The notes below the pieces were generated by a model. The model was not told the DNA's origin, did no database searches, and was given only the letters and a program-made list of their open reading frames with translations. A program made the translations under genes and the position numbers. Shown one piece after another: positions 14,555 to 16,441 of a DNA stretch of 16,441 bases. Source of the DNA: Candidatus Methylomirabilia bacterium (GTDB taxonomy: Bacteria > Methylomirabilota > Methylomirabilia > Rokubacteriales > CSP1-6); NCBI GenBank assembly GCA_041496385.1, contig JBGQEL010000091.1, positions 1 through 16,441 on the forward strand. The letters run 5' to 3'. The stretch's first letter is position 1, and the number at the start of each line of letters is the position of its first letter.

Positions 14555-15442
14555 ATGGCGCTCTCGTTCCGCAAGCTGCACCCGCACTTCGCCGCCGAGG
14601 TGAGCCCCGTCGATCTCCGCCGGGTTCACGACGGCGACACGCTCGCCCGGATCCGCGCGGGGATGGATGAGCACGCCGTCCTCGTGTTCCGCGATCAGCC
14701 GTTCGCCGACGAGGAGCAGCTCGCGTTCGCGCAACGGCTCGACGGCGAGCTGCACACGAAGCTCGGGATCAGCGCCCTGCAGAAGAACCGCTTCGGGAAC
14801 GAGGCCCTCGGCGACATCTCGAACCTCGACGAGAACGGCGAGATCATGCTGTCCGACAACCGCCGTCGCATGTACGGGCTCGGGAACCGCCTGTGGCACA
14901 CCGACGCGTCGTTCCAGGACCCGCCGGGGCGCTACTCGATGCTCTCGGCGAAGGTCGTCCCGCCCGTCGCGGCGGACACGGAGTACGCCGACATGCGCGC
15001 GGCGTACGACGCCCTCGACGCGGAGACGAAGGCGCAGGTCGAGGGGCTGCGCGTGCACCACTCGATCGCGTACTCGCGTCAGACGCTCGGCTTCGAGTTC
15101 TCCCAGGACGAGCAGGAGATCCTGAAGGGCGCGATCCATCCGCTCGTCCGCACGATTCCGCGCTCGAACCGCCGCTCGCTCTACGTCGCCTCGCACGCGG
15201 CGCGGATCATCGACTGGCCCGTCCCCGAGGGGCGGCTCCTCCTCCGGGATCTCATCGAGCACGCGACTCAGCCGCGGTTCGTGTACCGCCACGCCTGGCG
15301 CGTCGGCGACCTGGTGATCTGGGACAACCGCGCCACGATGCACCGCGCGCGGCCGTTCGACGACACGAAGTACCGCCGCGAGCTCCGTCGCGTGACGACC
15401 CTCGACATCGCCGAGCCCGCGCCCGCCGCGGGCCGCGCCTGA
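14555..15442 (+). CDS. TauD/TfdA family Fe(II)/2-oxoglutarate dioxygenase, TfdA-like
   Basis: HxD motif in LWHTDASFQ, RYSMLSA.VVPP..DTEYADMRAAYDAL, HPLVR, WDNRATMHR and RRELRRVTTLD. This pattern is closer to TfdA than to TauD. Confidence 0.9.
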   Translation: MALSFRKLHPHFAAEVSPVDLRRVHDGDTLARIRAGMDEHAVLVFRDQPFADEEQLAFAQRLDGELHTKLGISALQKNRFGNEALGDISNLDENGEIMLSDNRRRMYGLGNRLWHTDASFQDPPGRYSMLSAKVVPPVAADTEYADMRAAYDALDAETKAQVEGLRVHHSIAYSRQTLGFEFSQDEQEILKGAIHPLVRTIPRSNRRSLYVASHAARIIDWPVPEGRLLLRDLIEHATQPRFVYRHAWRVGDLVIWDNRATMHRARPFDDTKYRRELRRVTTLDIAEPAPAAGRA

Positions 15443-15451
15443 CCCCGCAGC

Positions 15452-16441
15452 CTACCCCGCCGCCGCGACCTCGACGAAGCAGGAGTTGAAGGCGCTCGCG
15501 CCCGCCGCCGAAGCGCGATCCGCGACGAGCACGTTGGCGCAGCCGCGCGTGTCCTGACCGCCCGCGTCGGGCGTGAACCAGGCGCCCTCCCGGATCGAGA
15601 CGACGCCCGGCGCGATCCGGTCGGTCACGCAGGCGGGCAGGACGGTGGCGCCCCGCTCGTTGAAGACGCGGACCCGGTGGCCGTCGCGGATGCCGCGGGC
15701 AACGGCGTCGCCCGGGTGGATCCAGACGTCGTCCCGGTCGGCGCGCGCGAGGATCGGCTGGTTGTCGTGGATCGAGTGGGTCCGCGCCCGCGACTTCGGC
15801 GTGAGGAGCCGCAGCGGATGGCGCGTGTCGATCGCGTCCGGGAGCCACGTCGGGATCGGCGGAATCGACCCGAGGCCGTAGGGATCGGGGTCGGCGGCCA
15901 GGCGCGTCGAGTAGATCTCGATCCGGCCCGACGGCGTCGAGAACGGATGACGCTCCGGATCGCGGATCTCACGGGCGAAGGCAACGGCGTCCTCGGGCGC
16001 GGGCAGGCGCGCGACCCCCTGCTCGCGAAACGCGTCGAAGTCGTCGATCGCGTCACAGGTCAGCTCGCGCAGCCACTGCTCCTCGGTCTTGTCGTTGTAT
16101 CCCGCGATGCCGAGCCGGCCGGCCAGTGCGGTGCAGATGTCGAGGTCGTTCCGGCACTCGCCCACCGGCTCGATGGCCTGCTTCATGAAGATGGCGTAGT
16201 GGCCGGCACCCGCCCAGGGTGTGTGGACGTCGTTGCGCTCCCAGAACGTCGTGGCCGGCAGCAGGATGTCGGCGTAGCGCGCCGTCGGCGTGACGAAGTG
16301 ATCGTGGACGACCATGAACTCGAGCCGTTCGGCGGCGGCAACGATCTTGTTGACGTTGGGCAGCTGGTTGAAGAGATCGCCGGCGGCCGAGTAGATCATC
16401 TTGACGTCCGCCGGGTAGCCGCCCGCCCGGCCCCGCGCAAG
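15452..16441 (-). CDS. DMSO reductase family molybdopterin oxidoreductase catalytic subunit (DmsA-like), 5'-partial
   Basis: DHFVTPTARYADILLPATTFWE, FSTPSGRIEIYS, RTHS, WIHPGDA..RGI.DG..VRVFNERG and EGAWF. The frame stays open to the right edge (LARGRAGGYPADVKMIY...). Confidence 0.9.
   Translation of the reverse strand, partial: LARGRAGGYPADVKMIYSAAGDLFNQLPNVNKIVAAAERLEFMVVHDHFVTPTARYADILLPATTFWERNDVHTPWAGAGHYAIFMKQAIEPVGECRNDLDICTALAGRLGIAGYNDKTEEQWLRELTCDAIDDFDAFREQGVARLPAPEDAVAFAREIRDPERHPFSTPSGRIEIYSTRLAADPDPYGLGSIPPIPTWLPDAIDTRHPLRLLTPKSRARTHSIHDNQPILARADRDDVWIHPGDAVARGIRDGHRVRVFNERGATVLPACVTDRIAPGVVSIREGAWFTPDAGGQDTRGCANVLVADRASAAGASAFNSCFVEVAAAG

Noticed and set aside
12035..15343. 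1102-aa minus-strand ORF
   Set aside because: It is an antisense/alternate-frame shadow of three well-supported genes, is low-complexity and R/A/G/V-rich, and has no motifs. This is typical of high-GC DNA.
1..16441. CRISPR array, tRNA/rRNA, IS/integrase, DGR or retron elements
   Set aside because: No spaced repeats, RNA-gene signatures, transposase, integrase or reverse-transcriptase motifs were seen, and nearly all the sequence is accounted for by coding genes.

Overview
A very GC-rich, densely coding bacterial chromosomal segment with about 20 genes and no rRNA, tRNA, CRISPR array or mobile element. The gene mix resembles soil lineages such as Ca. Rokubacteria/Methylomirabilota, but this is only an impression. 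In order: a 5'-partial cyclase coupled to a histidine phosphatase / DUF3090 / SCO1664 (PI3/PI4-kinase-like) trio; oligopeptidase B plus a sirtuin (minus strand); an RHH-antitoxin/VapC toxin-antitoxin pair; a type II haloacid dehalogenase; an Fpg/Nei glycosylase; a cobalt-type nitrile hydratase operon (alpha, beta, accessory) led by a frameshifted PaaI thioesterase; an EamA transporter; a class III aminotransferase; a core MetE-like Zn enzyme; an amidohydrolase_2; a TfdA-like dioxygenase; and a partial DMSO-reductase-family molybdoenzyme. The most notable observations are (i) the phosphatase/Zn-ribbon/kinase module without its usual mshC neighbour, whose phosphatase needs a non-canonical start (probably CTG) to keep its catalytic RHG motif, (ii) a deletion-frameshifted PaaI gene leading the nitrile hydratase operon, (iii) an orphan 3' gene remnant in front of the Fpg gene, (iv) recurrent leaderless-type promoters, and (v) a codon-atypical patch in the aminotransferase. 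Family calls come from motif recognition by eye; no searches were run.
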